In this document: one piece after another, positions 24,594 to 34,013 of the stretch
Layout: every line of letters begins with the position of its first letter
Numbering within the stretch: position 1 is the stretch's first letter
Assembly (NCBI GenBank): GCA_944390225.1
Contig: CALXPB010000002.1
Span: 63,650-127,649, forward strand
DNA length: 64,000 bases
Origin: an uncultured Alphaproteobacteria bacterium
GTDB lineage: Bacteria > Pseudomonadota > Alphaproteobacteria > Rs-D84
Direction of reading: 5' to 3'
Notes under the pieces: generated by a model
The model's database searches: none
Seen by the model: the letters and a program-made list of their open reading frames with translations, nothing else
What the model was told of the DNA's origin: nothing
Position numbers and translations under genes: made by a program

Positions 24594-26358
24594 AGAAGTT
24601 GCACGTCTTTTTGATCGCAGAAGTGCTTTATTCTTAACGGCAGGGGCAGTTTTAACCTCTGCACTTATTCTGCGCATGTTACAAATGCAATTATTTAGTT
24701 ATCGTGAGTACACAAAAAAAAGTGAGAATAATTCTTTCAGAGTTCAAATCAATATGCCAGAAAGAGGTAAAATTTTATCGTCAAACGGCTTTGTAATTTC
24801 CAGAGATACGCCTATATACAGAATTTATGTAATTCCAGAAGAAACACAGAATATTGACGAATTAATATCCATTGTTTCTACCGAATTAAAACTGAAAAAA
24901 AAGCGTATAAATAGAATTTATAAAAAGATAAAAAGCCAACCTAAGTTTCAACCTGTACTTATCAGTGAAAATTCGAACTGGGACGAACTAGCAAAATTAC
25001 AAGCGCGAAACTTACCAGGTTTACATGTACGTAGCGGTTTTGCTCGTGTATATGAGATGGGACCTGCAGGTGCGCAAATATTCGGATATATCGGATCTCC
25101 TAATGAAGCCGTTCCAAACGCTCCTTTTTTTACAGAAGGTATAACCGGTTTGGAAAAAAGGTTTAATAAAACTCTGGCAGGTGTTCCGGGGCAAACCGTT
25201 ATGATAACAAACGCCACAGGCAGAATAACCGGTGAAGACAAAACACAATTCAAGCAACCAATCACTGGAAACGATTTAATAACGACGATTGATGATAAAG
25301 CACAACGTGTAATGTATGATAATTTAATGTTACACGGTTCAGGGTGTGGCGTTGCATTAGATATAGAAACAGGTAATATTCTGGCGATGGTATCTGCCCC
25401 AAGTTTTGATCCTAATATATTCGGTGCGGATGACGGGGAAGAATATATCGCGTCTTTACGTGAAGATTATATGAAACCTTTTATGAACAAAACTATTGAA
25501 GGTTTATACCCACCCGGATCTACATTCAAAATAGTTGTTGCTCTTGCAGCGTTAGAGGCGGGCGCAATTACACCAAATGAAAAAATCTTTTGCCCAGGTC
25601 ACTGGGACTATGGTGATAGAAGATACCATTGTTGGAAAGCAGACGGACACGGTTGGGTAGATTTAGAAAATGCCTTGAAGCATTCTTGCGATATATACTT
25701 CTATCAAGTAGCATTGCGTATAGGTATAGATTCAATTAAAGAAATGGCACTTAAACTCGGTTTTATGCAGAAATATATGGATGATATTCTATCACGTGAA
25801 ATGGCTGGTTCTATTCCTGACAGGTACTGGAAAGAAAAGCAAATCGGTTATAAATGGATGCATGGTGATACGATTATTTCTGGAATCGGACAGGGTTTTA
25901 CATTGACAAACTGTTTACAACTAACAATCATGATGGCGCGAGCAGCGTCAAATAAAGTAGTTATGCCAAGATTAATATTAACAGAGGAAAAGCCTCAATT
26001 TGCAAATCTTGGGTTACAGAAAAAAAATATAAATATCGTGTTAAAAGGTTTAGAGCAGGTTACAAAAAGAGGTGGTACCGCGGCAGGAAGCGCCATAAAT
26101 GTAAACGGTGCAAAAATGGGTGGAAAAACTGGTACATCTCAGGTTCGTAGCATTTCTCGTGCCGAACGTCTAAGCGGTGTTCTAACTAACGAACAATTAA
26201 AATGGAATATGCGAAACCATGGTTTATTTGTCGGATATGCACCGACAAACAAACCGAAATATGCGGTCTGTGCTATAACAGAGCATTCTGGTGGCAGTAA
26301 TGTCGCAACAAAAACTGTGGCGGAAACAATGTCAGAATTATTAAAAAGGAAAAATTAA
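24583..26358 (+). CDS. mrdA: penicillin-binding protein 2 (elongasome transpeptidase)
   Basis: Transpeptidase motifs SxxK (GSTFK), SxN-like (SCD) and KTGT(S). The position is upstream of rodA. Confidence 0.9.
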   Translation: MIDKEVARLFDRRSALFLTAGAVLTSALILRMLQMQLFSYREYTKKSENNSFRVQINMPERGKILSSNGFVISRDTPIYRIYVIPEETQNIDELISIVSTELKLKKKRINRIYKKIKSQPKFQPVLISENSNWDELAKLQARNLPGLHVRSGFARVYEMGPAGAQIFGYIGSPNEAVPNAPFFTEGITGLEKRFNKTLAGVPGQTVMITNATGRITGEDKTQFKQPITGNDLITTIDDKAQRVMYDNLMLHGSGCGVALDIETGNILAMVSAPSFDPNIFGADDGEEYIASLREDYMKPFMNKTIEGLYPPGSTFKIVVALAALEAGAITPNEKIFCPGHWDYGDRRYHCWKADGHGWVDLENALKHSCDIYFYQVALRIGIDSIKEMALKLGFMQKYMDDILSREMAGSIPDRYWKEKQIGYKWMHGDTIISGIGQGFTLTNCLQLTIMMARAASNKVVMPRLILTEEKPQFANLGLQKKNINIVLKGLEQVTKRGGTAAGSAINVNGAKMGGKTGTSQVRSISRAERLSGVLTNEQLKWNMRNHGLFVGYAPTNKPKYAVCAITEHSGGSNVATKTVAETMSELLKRKN

Positions 26359-27503
26359 TGGCGCGACAAACCCGCGTTTCTAATGCTAATATGATGAGTT
26401 TTCCAGAAAAACTTAGTCGTTTTTCTTGGGCTTTATTTATTCCTATGTGCTTAGTTTTGGCTATTTCCATAGTTGTATTATACTCTGCCGGTGGTGGTTC
26501 TTGGTATCCTTTTGCTATGTCTCAACTTATTAAAATATTAATTGGGTTTGCAGTATTCTTTTTTGCGGCATTTACAAATATAAAAACCTGGATAAAATCT
26601 GCTTATCTAATTTACATAATAGCACTTATTTTAATCATATTGGTAACCTTCATAGGACATACCGGAATGGGTGCACAAAGATGGCTTAACCTTGGTTTTT
26701 TTCACGTGCAACCATCAGAATTAATAAAAATTGCACTTGTACTGGCACTGGCGCGGTACTTTGCTTGGATGAATTCTGTTGAATTATCTCAAATAAAAAA
26801 TTATACGCTTCCGGCAACAATGCTGGCTATACCGTTTTTATTAATCGTATTTCAGCCAGATTTAGGAACTGCTTTATCTCTTGGAATGATTACAGTAGGC
26901 ATGTTCTATATCGTCGGTGCACAAAAAAAATGGTTCATTATAGCCATATTACTGGGGTTACTTTCTGCACCGCTTATATGGTATGGCGGTCTGCATGATT
27001 ATCAACGCGACAGAATTATTACTTTTATAAATCCAGACCATGATGCCCAAGGTGCAGGTTATCAAATTAACCAAGCAAAAATAGCATTTGGTAGCGGTGG
27101 TATTTTAGGTAAGGGTTATATGGCAGGGACTCAATCACAGCAGTCTTTCTTACCAGAAAAACAAACTGATTTTATATTTACTATGCTTGGTGAAGAATTC
27201 GGTTTCTTAGGTGCTTTTTCACTATTAATGCTTTATACAGTAATAATTATTATTCTTTTCTGGTGTGCTAAAACATGCAGAAACAGATTTGGTCAGTTGG
27301 TTTGTTTTGGTTTTATGTTGAACTTTTTTATTTATTATTTTATAAATATCTCTATGGTTCTGGGTCTGATGCCGACAGTAGGTGTACCTCTGCCATTAAT
27401 GTCTTTTGGTGGCAGCAGTCTTTTATCGCTGATGTTCGGTTTCGGTCTGTGTCAAAACGCACATATTCATAAAGACCAACAGTTATCTGCAAAAGGAAGT
27501 TAA
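26358..27503 (+). CDS. rodA: SEDS-family peptidoglycan polymerase RodA
   Basis: A polytopic protein with VQPSELIKIAL and LPEKQTDFIFT motifs. Confidence 0.9.
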   Translation: MARQTRVSNANMMSFPEKLSRFSWALFIPMCLVLAISIVVLYSAGGGSWYPFAMSQLIKILIGFAVFFFAAFTNIKTWIKSAYLIYIIALILIILVTFIGHTGMGAQRWLNLGFFHVQPSELIKIALVLALARYFAWMNSVELSQIKNYTLPATMLAIPFLLIVFQPDLGTALSLGMITVGMFYIVGAQKKWFIIAILLGLLSAPLIWYGGLHDYQRDRIITFINPDHDAQGAGYQINQAKIAFGSGGILGKGYMAGTQSQQSFLPEKQTDFIFTMLGEEFGFLGAFSLLMLYTVIIIILFWCAKTCRNRFGQLVCFGFMLNFFIYYFINISMVLGLMPTVGVPLPLMSFGGSSLLSLMFGFGLCQNAHIHKDQQLSAKGS

Positions 27504-27506
27504 AAA

Positions 27507-29777
27507 ATGAATTTACTTATCGTGGAATCCCCTTCAAAAGCAAAAACTATTGAAAAGTACCTTGGTAAAGGTTGGCGCGTTGTTGCTTCTGTTGGGCACG
27601 TTCGCGATCTTGTTCCAGAAACCGGCAGTGTTGACCCAGATAAAGATTTTGCTATGCGCTGGCAAATTATGCCAGGTAAAGAAAAACAATTAAAACTTAT
27701 TACCGATGAATTAAAAAAAGCAGATGCCGTTTATCTTGCATCAGACCCTGATAGAGAAGGGGAAGCAATCGCTTGGCATATTTTAGATATTCTTAATGCT
27801 AAAAAAGTTCTGGAAGGTAAAAAAGTTTATCGTGTTGCTTTCCACGAAATTACTAAAAAAGCAGTCCAAGAAGCAATTAATAACCCGCGCGAGATAGATA
27901 AAAACCTTGTTGATGCTTACCTTGTTCGTCGTGCTTTGGATTACTTAATAGGGTTCGGTATATCACCTTTGCTATGGCGCAGAAACCTTGGTAAATCCGC
28001 AGGTCGCGTGCAATCTGTCGCAGTTAAGTTAGTTGTGGATAGAGAACGCGAAATAGAAGCGTTTAAACCTGTTGAATATTGGTCTGTATCCGCAACATGT
28101 AATGCAAATAATGCAGATTTTTCCGCCGCACTTTCTCAATTCGATTCAAAGAAAATTGAGAAAATGACAATAGAAAATAAAGCGCAAGTAGATGATATTT
28201 TATCAGGTATAGGAAATCCTGTTATAAATGCAAAAGTTATCAGTCTGGATAAAAAGAAATCTACGCGTCATGCCGCAGCACCTTTTACAACAAGTACGCT
28301 ACAACAAGAAGCCGCCAGAAAATTATATTTTTCTTCAAAACGCACAATGGCAACTGCGCAAAAGTTATACGAACAAGGTATGATTACTTATATGCGTACT
28401 GATGCTACTAATTTATCCGCTGATGCAGTAAATGAAATTCGTAATTATATTCAAAATACTTATGGTGAAAAATTTTTTCCTAAATCACCCAATGTATATG
28501 TGACTAAATCTAAAAATGCACAGGAAGCACACGAAGCAATTAGACCAACTCATTTTGATACTAATGAACATAAACTATCTGGTGATGAAGCAAAGTTATA
28601 TGATTTAATTTGGAAAAGAACTATTGCTTGTCAGATGACAAACGCTGAATTTGATAGTGTTGCAGCAGATATAGAAACAGAAAATAAACGTGCCATTTTC
28701 CATGCAGTTGGTACAACCAGAACCTTTGACGGATTTATGCGCGTTTATACAGAAGATAAAGATGATGCGGAAGAAAAGAATGAATCTAAATTACCACAAC
28801 TGTCCGTTGGTGACGGGGTTTCTATAACAAAAATAGACCCAGAACAGCACTTTACTCAACCGCCTGCAAGATATACAGAAGCATCACTTGTAAAAAAACT
28901 TGAAGAACTTGGTATCGGGCGTCCTTCTACATATGCAACTATTATGTCCACAATCGTAGATAGAAAATATGTAGAACAAGATAAACAACGTAGATTCCAT
29001 CCTACATCAGGTGGTTGGGTTATTGCTTCATATCTTTCTAAATATTTTAAAGATTTAGTTGATGTTAATTTTACCGCTAAAACAGAAGATACTTTGGACG
29101 ATGTTTCAAATGGTAAACAGCAAAAGTTAGACGCTTTGCGCGCTTTCTGGACACCTACAAAAGGTATGATTGACGGTGCAAAAGATATAAAAACTGCTGA
29201 AATTATCGATGCTATAAATGAATTTATGCATTCTCATCTTTTTGCAGACGGTAATGATAAATGTCCAAAGTGTGGCGGTGAATTAGGTATTAAGTTATCA
29301 AAATATGGACCTTTTATAGGTTGTGTAAATTACCCTAAATGTAATTATACTCAGAAATTAGAAGTTTCAGATTTACCTGATGAGGCAAAAGAAGAAAATA
29401 AAGATGCAGATAAATCAAAATCTAATTCTATCGAACTTGGTGAAGGTATTTCTTTCCGCGTTGGACGCTTTGGACCTTATGTGACGGACGGCACAAAAAA
29501 TGTCGCTGCAAAACAATATAATGCAGAAACTATCACACTAGAAATTGCAAAAGAATTATTATCGGGTACAACTAAAAAAGCAGAACCTGTACAGTTAGGT
29601 AAAAATCCTGCAACAGACCATATGATTTATTATTACCCAACAGGGAGATATGGTGCATATATATCTTCTAATAAAGTAAATGTTTCTGTTAAAGAACAAC
29701 CTGATTTAGAAACTGCAATAAACTTGATAAACAATAAAAAACCGAGTACAAGATTTAATAAAGCAACTAAAAAATAA
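27507..29777 (+). CDS. topA: DNA topoisomerase I
   Basis: Toprim LLIVESPSKAKTIEKYLG, active-site region ITYMRTD, and a C-terminal zinc ribbon CPKCGG...CVNYPKC. Confidence 0.95.
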   Translation: MNLLIVESPSKAKTIEKYLGKGWRVVASVGHVRDLVPETGSVDPDKDFAMRWQIMPGKEKQLKLITDELKKADAVYLASDPDREGEAIAWHILDILNAKKVLEGKKVYRVAFHEITKKAVQEAINNPREIDKNLVDAYLVRRALDYLIGFGISPLLWRRNLGKSAGRVQSVAVKLVVDREREIEAFKPVEYWSVSATCNANNADFSAALSQFDSKKIEKMTIENKAQVDDILSGIGNPVINAKVISLDKKKSTRHAAAPFTTSTLQQEAARKLYFSSKRTMATAQKLYEQGMITYMRTDATNLSADAVNEIRNYIQNTYGEKFFPKSPNVYVTKSKNAQEAHEAIRPTHFDTNEHKLSGDEAKLYDLIWKRTIACQMTNAEFDSVAADIETENKRAIFHAVGTTRTFDGFMRVYTEDKDDAEEKNESKLPQLSVGDGVSITKIDPEQHFTQPPARYTEASLVKKLEELGIGRPSTYATIMSTIVDRKYVEQDKQRRFHPTSGGWVIASYLSKYFKDLVDVNFTAKTEDTLDDVSNGKQQKLDALRAFWTPTKGMIDGAKDIKTAEIIDAINEFMHSHLFADGNDKCPKCGGELGIKLSKYGPFIGCVNYPKCNYTQKLEVSDLPDEAKEENKDADKSKSNSIELGEGISFRVGRFGPYVTDGTKNVAAKQYNAETITLEIAKELLSGTTKKAEPVQLGKNPATDHMIYYYPTGRYGAYISSNKVNVSVKEQPDLETAINLINNKKPSTRFNKATKK

Positions 29778-31393
29778 TGGCAGGATATGACCGTAATTTT
29801 ACAGATGAACTTAGAACCCGTTTATCTATTGTCGATGTAGTAGGGCGCCGCGTTCCGCTTGTAAAAAAAGGTCAAAATTATTGGGGATGTTGCCCTTTTC
29901 ATAATGAAAAAACACCCAGTTTTTCTGTAAACGAAGAAAAAGGTTTTTATCACTGTTTTGGTTGCGGTGAACATGGTGATATTATTTCTTTTACTATGAA
30001 ATCTAATAATATGGATTTTAAAGAGGCTATAAAAGAATTAGCAAATCAAGCCGGTTTAAAAATTCCTGAATATAAACCAAAATCATCTGAACAAGTTGCA
30101 CGTGAAGAAACTTACTTTCAAATAGTTGAAGATGCATCCAAGATTTATCAGCAAAAATTATTTGAACCAGAAGGTAAAGTTGCTTTGGACTATATACACA
30201 GACGCGGATTCAGTGATGATATGATAAAAAAATATCGCTTAGGATACGCACCTAAAAATAATCTAATTGCTAATAAATTTGTAAATGTAAAACAAGATAA
30301 ACTTTTATCTACTGGTTTATGTAGACGCGGTGAATACGGTATGTACGACTTCTTCCGTGATAAATTAATGTTTCCTATTTTTAACATGCACGGACAAGTG
30401 GTTGCTTTTTCAGGACGCAGTTTAGATGGTTCAGAACCTAAATATATAAATACTTCTGATACAGAATTATTCCATAAAAGAAAAACTATTTTCGGTCTAA
30501 ATTTTGCACGCGATGCTATTCATCGTGCAAATAGAAGTATTATTGTAGAAGGTCAAATTGATGCAATTCAAATGCAATCAAATGGATTTCCTGAAACCGT
30601 TGCACCTCTTGGTACTGCACTAACAGAAGACCATATTGCTATTTTATGTAAATCAAATAGAAATATTATTTTCTGCTTTGACGGTGATAGTGCAGGGCAG
30701 AAAGCAGCAGTTAGAGCATGTGATATTGTTATGCCTTTCTTGCGTGATAATTCTGATGTAAAATTTGCTTTTGTCACAGGTGGTAAAGACCCAGATGAAA
30801 TATTAAAAAATTCTGGTACAGATGCAATGCGCAAAATAATAGACGAATCTACACCGCTTGTTGATTTTCTGTGGGAAATTACTAATGAAACTTTTTTAGT
30901 CTCTACCCCAGGTGGACGCACGCAGGCAGAAAAATTCTTAAAGCAAAAAACTGATAAAATTACCGATGTCGCACTGCGTGCAGAATATGAACAAGAATAT
31001 AATTCTAGAAAATTTAATTCTTGGCATAAATGGAAAAAATCAGATAAAAAAAATATAAATATAGAACTTCCTGAAATAGATTCTATTACTCAAAAAACTC
31101 TTATTTTTATTACTGATAAATTTCCAGAAGTTGCCGAACGGTATGCAGAATTCCTTGCGAGTCTTAATATAAACTTTGACGGTACTGCACCAGAAATGAA
31201 CCTTGATGCAAAGGCGGCAGAAAAATATATTGTTTCTTTAAAATTACAAAAATACTTAGAAAAACTTAATGCAGAAAAAAAAGATGTAATGGCTAGACTG
31301 CTTGCTGGTGAAGATCTACAAGAAAAAATAAATTTCATAAATTCTGAAATTGCGCGCGCAACGGAAAATTTAGAAACATTAATTTCTATTTAG
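29777..31393 (+). CDS. dnaG: DNA primase
   Basis: Zinc finger CPFHNEKTPSFSV...HCFGCGEHGD, and Toprim IVEGQIDAI...FDGDSAGQKA. No rpoD lies downstream. Confidence 0.9.
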   Translation: MAGYDRNFTDELRTRLSIVDVVGRRVPLVKKGQNYWGCCPFHNEKTPSFSVNEEKGFYHCFGCGEHGDIISFTMKSNNMDFKEAIKELANQAGLKIPEYKPKSSEQVAREETYFQIVEDASKIYQQKLFEPEGKVALDYIHRRGFSDDMIKKYRLGYAPKNNLIANKFVNVKQDKLLSTGLCRRGEYGMYDFFRDKLMFPIFNMHGQVVAFSGRSLDGSEPKYINTSDTELFHKRKTIFGLNFARDAIHRANRSIIVEGQIDAIQMQSNGFPETVAPLGTALTEDHIAILCKSNRNIIFCFDGDSAGQKAAVRACDIVMPFLRDNSDVKFAFVTGGKDPDEILKNSGTDAMRKIIDESTPLVDFLWEITNETFLVSTPGGRTQAEKFLKQKTDKITDVALRAEYEQEYNSRKFNSWHKWKKSDKKNINIELPEIDSITQKTLIFITDKFPEVAERYAEFLASLNINFDGTAPEMNLDAKAAEKYIVSLKLQKYLEKLNAEKKDVMARLLAGEDLQEKINFINSEIARATENLETLISI

Positions 31394-31417
31394 AAAACCG
31401 GTAAATACCGGTTTTTT
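31394..31417. terminator. bidirectional terminator (dnaG / ychF)
   Basis: AACCGG (31396-31401), loop TAAATA, CCGGTT (31408-31413), flanked by an A-run and a T-run. Confidence 0.65.
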
Positions 31418-32495
31418 AATTATTAAATAAGAAATGGCAAATATCGCCTTCTTGCATAATATATTCTTTACCAACAAGACGCATTTTACCCGCTTCTTTT
31501 ACAGCAACTTCGCCACCAAGCGCAATAAAATCTTCTGGTGATATTATTTCTGCACGAATAAAACCTTTTTCAAAATCTGTATGAATTTTTCCAGCGGCTT
31601 GTGGAGCGGTCATACCTTTGGTTATAGTCCATGCGTGCGCTTCCTTTGGTCCAACAGTATAAAATGTTTGCAAACCCAAAGTATTATAACCTGTTCTTAT
31701 AACTTTATCTAAACCAGATTCTGTTAAACCTAAATCATCTAAAAACATCTTTCTTTCATCAGAATCTACAATTTGTGAAATTTCCATTTCTATCTTTGAT
31801 GAAATTACAAGAACTGGTGCAATATTTCCAAATTTTTCACGAACTAAATTAGAATACTTATTACCACTTGCTGCCGCAGATTCTTCAACATTACATACAT
31901 ATATAACTGGTTTGGCAGTCAATAAATTAAATGGTTTTGCATCTACTTCTTGCATTCTGGCAGGTGTACCAGTTGCCAGACCTTCACGAATAATCTTTGC
32001 ATCTGCAAGTAATTTTATCGCTGATTTATCTAAACCATGTGCCTTCTTTTCAAGATTCTTCATCTGTTTATCAAGGCTTTCTAAATCAGCAAGCATTAAT
32101 TCTGTTTCAATTGTATCAATATCAGATAAAGGGTCTATACGCCCGTTTACATGCACAATATCATCATTTTCAAAACATCTGACTACATGAATTATTGCAT
32201 CTGTTGATAAAATATTACCTAAAAACTTATTGCCAAGACCTTCACCATTTGATGCGCCTTTTACTAAACCTGCAATATCAACTATCTCTAACTGTGTAGG
32301 TATTATCTTTTGTGATTTTGCAACCTCGGCTAAATTATGTAATATTGCATCTGGTACTACTACACGTCCAGTATTTGGTTCTATCGTACAGAAAGGATAA
32401 TTTTGTGCATCGGCCGCTGCGCTTTGTGTTAAGGCGTTAAATAATGTAGATTTACCGACATTTGGTAATCCGACAATTCCGCAATTGAATCCCAT
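31416..32495 (-). CDS. ychF: ribosome-binding ATPase YchF
   Basis: G1 motif GLPNVGKST and a C-terminal TGS-like RLVGKEYIMQEGDICHFLFN. Confidence 0.9.
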   Translation of the reverse strand: MGFNCGIVGLPNVGKSTLFNALTQSAAADAQNYPFCTIEPNTGRVVVPDAILHNLAEVAKSQKIIPTQLEIVDIAGLVKGASNGEGLGNKFLGNILSTDAIIHVVRCFENDDIVHVNGRIDPLSDIDTIETELMLADLESLDKQMKNLEKKAHGLDKSAIKLLADAKIIREGLATGTPARMQEVDAKPFNLLTAKPVIYVCNVEESAAASGNKYSNLVREKFGNIAPVLVISSKIEMEISQIVDSDERKMFLDDLGLTESGLDKVIRTGYNTLGLQTFYTVGPKEAHAWTITKGMTAPQAAGKIHTDFEKGFIRAEIISPEDFIALGGEVAVKEAGKMRLVGKEYIMQEGDICHFLFNN

Positions 32496-32523
32496 TTATA
32501 TTTCCTTTATAATGTAAAGTAAT

Positions 32524-33204
32524 ATGTCATACATGTGGGAAAATTTCAATATAAAAACCTTTCCTGCAGAAACTATAGTTTTCTGTGAAGGAATTTATCA
32601 TCCAGAATTATCAACTCTTGAAAGTACAGATATAAACAAAAAATATTCATTACCTATCCATATTATATATGTCGGCGAAATATCTGGTGAAAATGAGTTA
32701 AATATAAACTTATCTGCCGCAAACCAAAATGTATTTTTAGACATAAAAATAAAAAATAAAAAACCGGCTTTTTTAAATATTTTTATCAAAAACACCGGTA
32801 AAAATTCTGAATTTCGCGGACATATTATGCTCGAAAATAACTCAGATTTAACCTTTAACTGCGAAGCAAAACACAGTGCATATGATACCACAATTTTAGT
32901 AAATACTAAATTACTTGCAGGTAAAAATAGTAAATCTAAATTAACAGGTACTGCTGTAATTGATAAAAATTGTGAAAACGCAAATTCAGATATAAGTTTT
33001 TCTGCACTAGCAGATGAAACTGCAAGAATAGAATTTATGCCTGCACAACGAATTTCTACTGCGCCAATAAAAGCCGATCATAGTGCTTCTATATATAAAC
33101 CGACAGATTTTCAAATTAAATATTTACGTAGTTCTGGTTTATCAGGGGCAGAAACAAAACAAGTTATGATAGAAGCCTTTAAAAACGATTTTTCTTTATT
33201 TTAA
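32524..33204 (+). CDS. SufD/SufB-like domain protein (short, stand-alone)
   Basis: The C-terminal ADHSASIYKPTDFQIKYLRSSGLSGAETKQVMIEAFKNDF resembles the SufBD C-terminal motif (HgAtvG..lFYL.sRGl...A..lli.aF). No other suf genes are nearby. Confidence 0.5.
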   Translation: MSYMWENFNIKTFPAETIVFCEGIYHPELSTLESTDINKKYSLPIHIIYVGEISGENELNINLSAANQNVFLDIKIKNKKPAFLNIFIKNTGKNSEFRGHIMLENNSDLTFNCEAKHSAYDTTILVNTKLLAGKNSKSKLTGTAVIDKNCENANSDISFSALADETARIEFMPAQRISTAPIKADHSASIYKPTDFQIKYLRSSGLSGAETKQVMIEAFKNDFSLF

Positions 33205-33261
33205 AAAAGCCTAAGAAATCTTAGGCATAAAAACAGCATCCGCCAAAATCATATTTCGGAT

Positions 33262-33396
33262 TTATTTTTTCTTAAAGCCCTGCTTAGCCTTTAATTTAGG
33301 GTTTGCCGGGTCAATCAAAATGACTTGCTTACCGCGACGAATTTGTTTTATATTACCGCGCTTTTTCCAAGCCTTTAATGAACTTAAAAATTTCAT
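33262..33396 (-). CDS. rpmJ: 50S ribosomal protein L36, Cys-less type-B form (44 aa; not in the ORF track)
   Basis: My translation is MKFLSSLKAWKKRGNIKQIRRGKQVILIDPANPKLKAKQGFKKK. It matches the YkgO-like L36 pattern (MKV.NSL...K.R....V.RRKGR.YVI.K.NPRFKA.QG). A GCCTAAG/CTTAGGC hairpin plus U-run (33226-33203) lies downstream on the minus strand. Confidence 0.8.
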   Translation of the reverse strand: MKFLSSLKAWKKRGNIKQIRRGKQVILIDPANPKLKAKQGFKKK

Positions 33397-33399
33397 ATT

Positions 33400-33715
33400 T
33401 AAATCCTTTTTGCTTGGCAATTATAAACGCTTTTTATAAAAAATCAAATATTTATTATATATTTTTGTTGTTTTTATAATTCTTGTTAGTTTTGTTAAAA
33501 TTAGTTTTTATAATTTTATTAACAGTTTTTTAACAAAAATTTCTTAGATTTTAGGTATTTTTTATAAAATTGTTAAAAATTTAGAAAAATAATTAACAGT
33601 TAATAAAACGGTCTTTTCTAAACATTTTTAACAAAAAATATTTTTTACTTTTTATGCTTGTTGAAAAATGTTGAAATTGTTATAATTCAAGCAATAGGGG
33701 GGAAATAATCCGGAA
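33400..33715 (+). promoter_or_regulatory. 315-bp AT-rich control region upstream of virB3 with repeated TTAACA-containing motifs
   Basis: TTTTGTTAAAA at 33490-33500 and ATTGTTAAAAA at 33569-33579. The inverse TTTTAACAAAA at 33528-33538 and 33626-33636. ATTAACAGTT at 33518-33527 and 33592-33601. A candidate extended -10 (TGtTATAAT) lies at about 33679-33687. Confidence 0.45.
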
Positions 33716-34012
33716 ATGAAGCAACAAGTACTGAAAGCGTTGGCAAATCCTTCACGCATATTTTATGTGCCGTACTCGCTTGCTGTTATAAATTTTGCGG
33801 TCCAATTCATTATATTTATTATAGTTTTCATAATAGGACTTATTTTTTACGGAATTGATAATCCTATATATCCGTTGTATTTTTTAATATCGCTTTGTGT
33901 TGTTCATATGATTTTGGCATATTTTTCTAAGAGAGATCCACAATTGGGGCAAATTATTTCTGCAAAAATACAACTTTTAAAAAAGAAAATTCCAGGGAGA
34001 TTAGCGGCATAA
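33716..34012 (+). CDS. virB3: type IV secretion system protein VirB3-like
   Basis: A 98-aa protein with two TM helices, LANPSRIFYVPYSLAVINF and KRDPQLGQII motifs. It sits immediately upstream of virB4. Confidence 0.65.
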   Translation: MKQQVLKALANPSRIFYVPYSLAVINFAVQFIIFIIVFIIGLIFYGIDNPIYPLYFLISLCVVHMILAYFSKRDPQLGQIISAKIQLLKKKIPGRLAA

Positions 34013-34013
34013 A

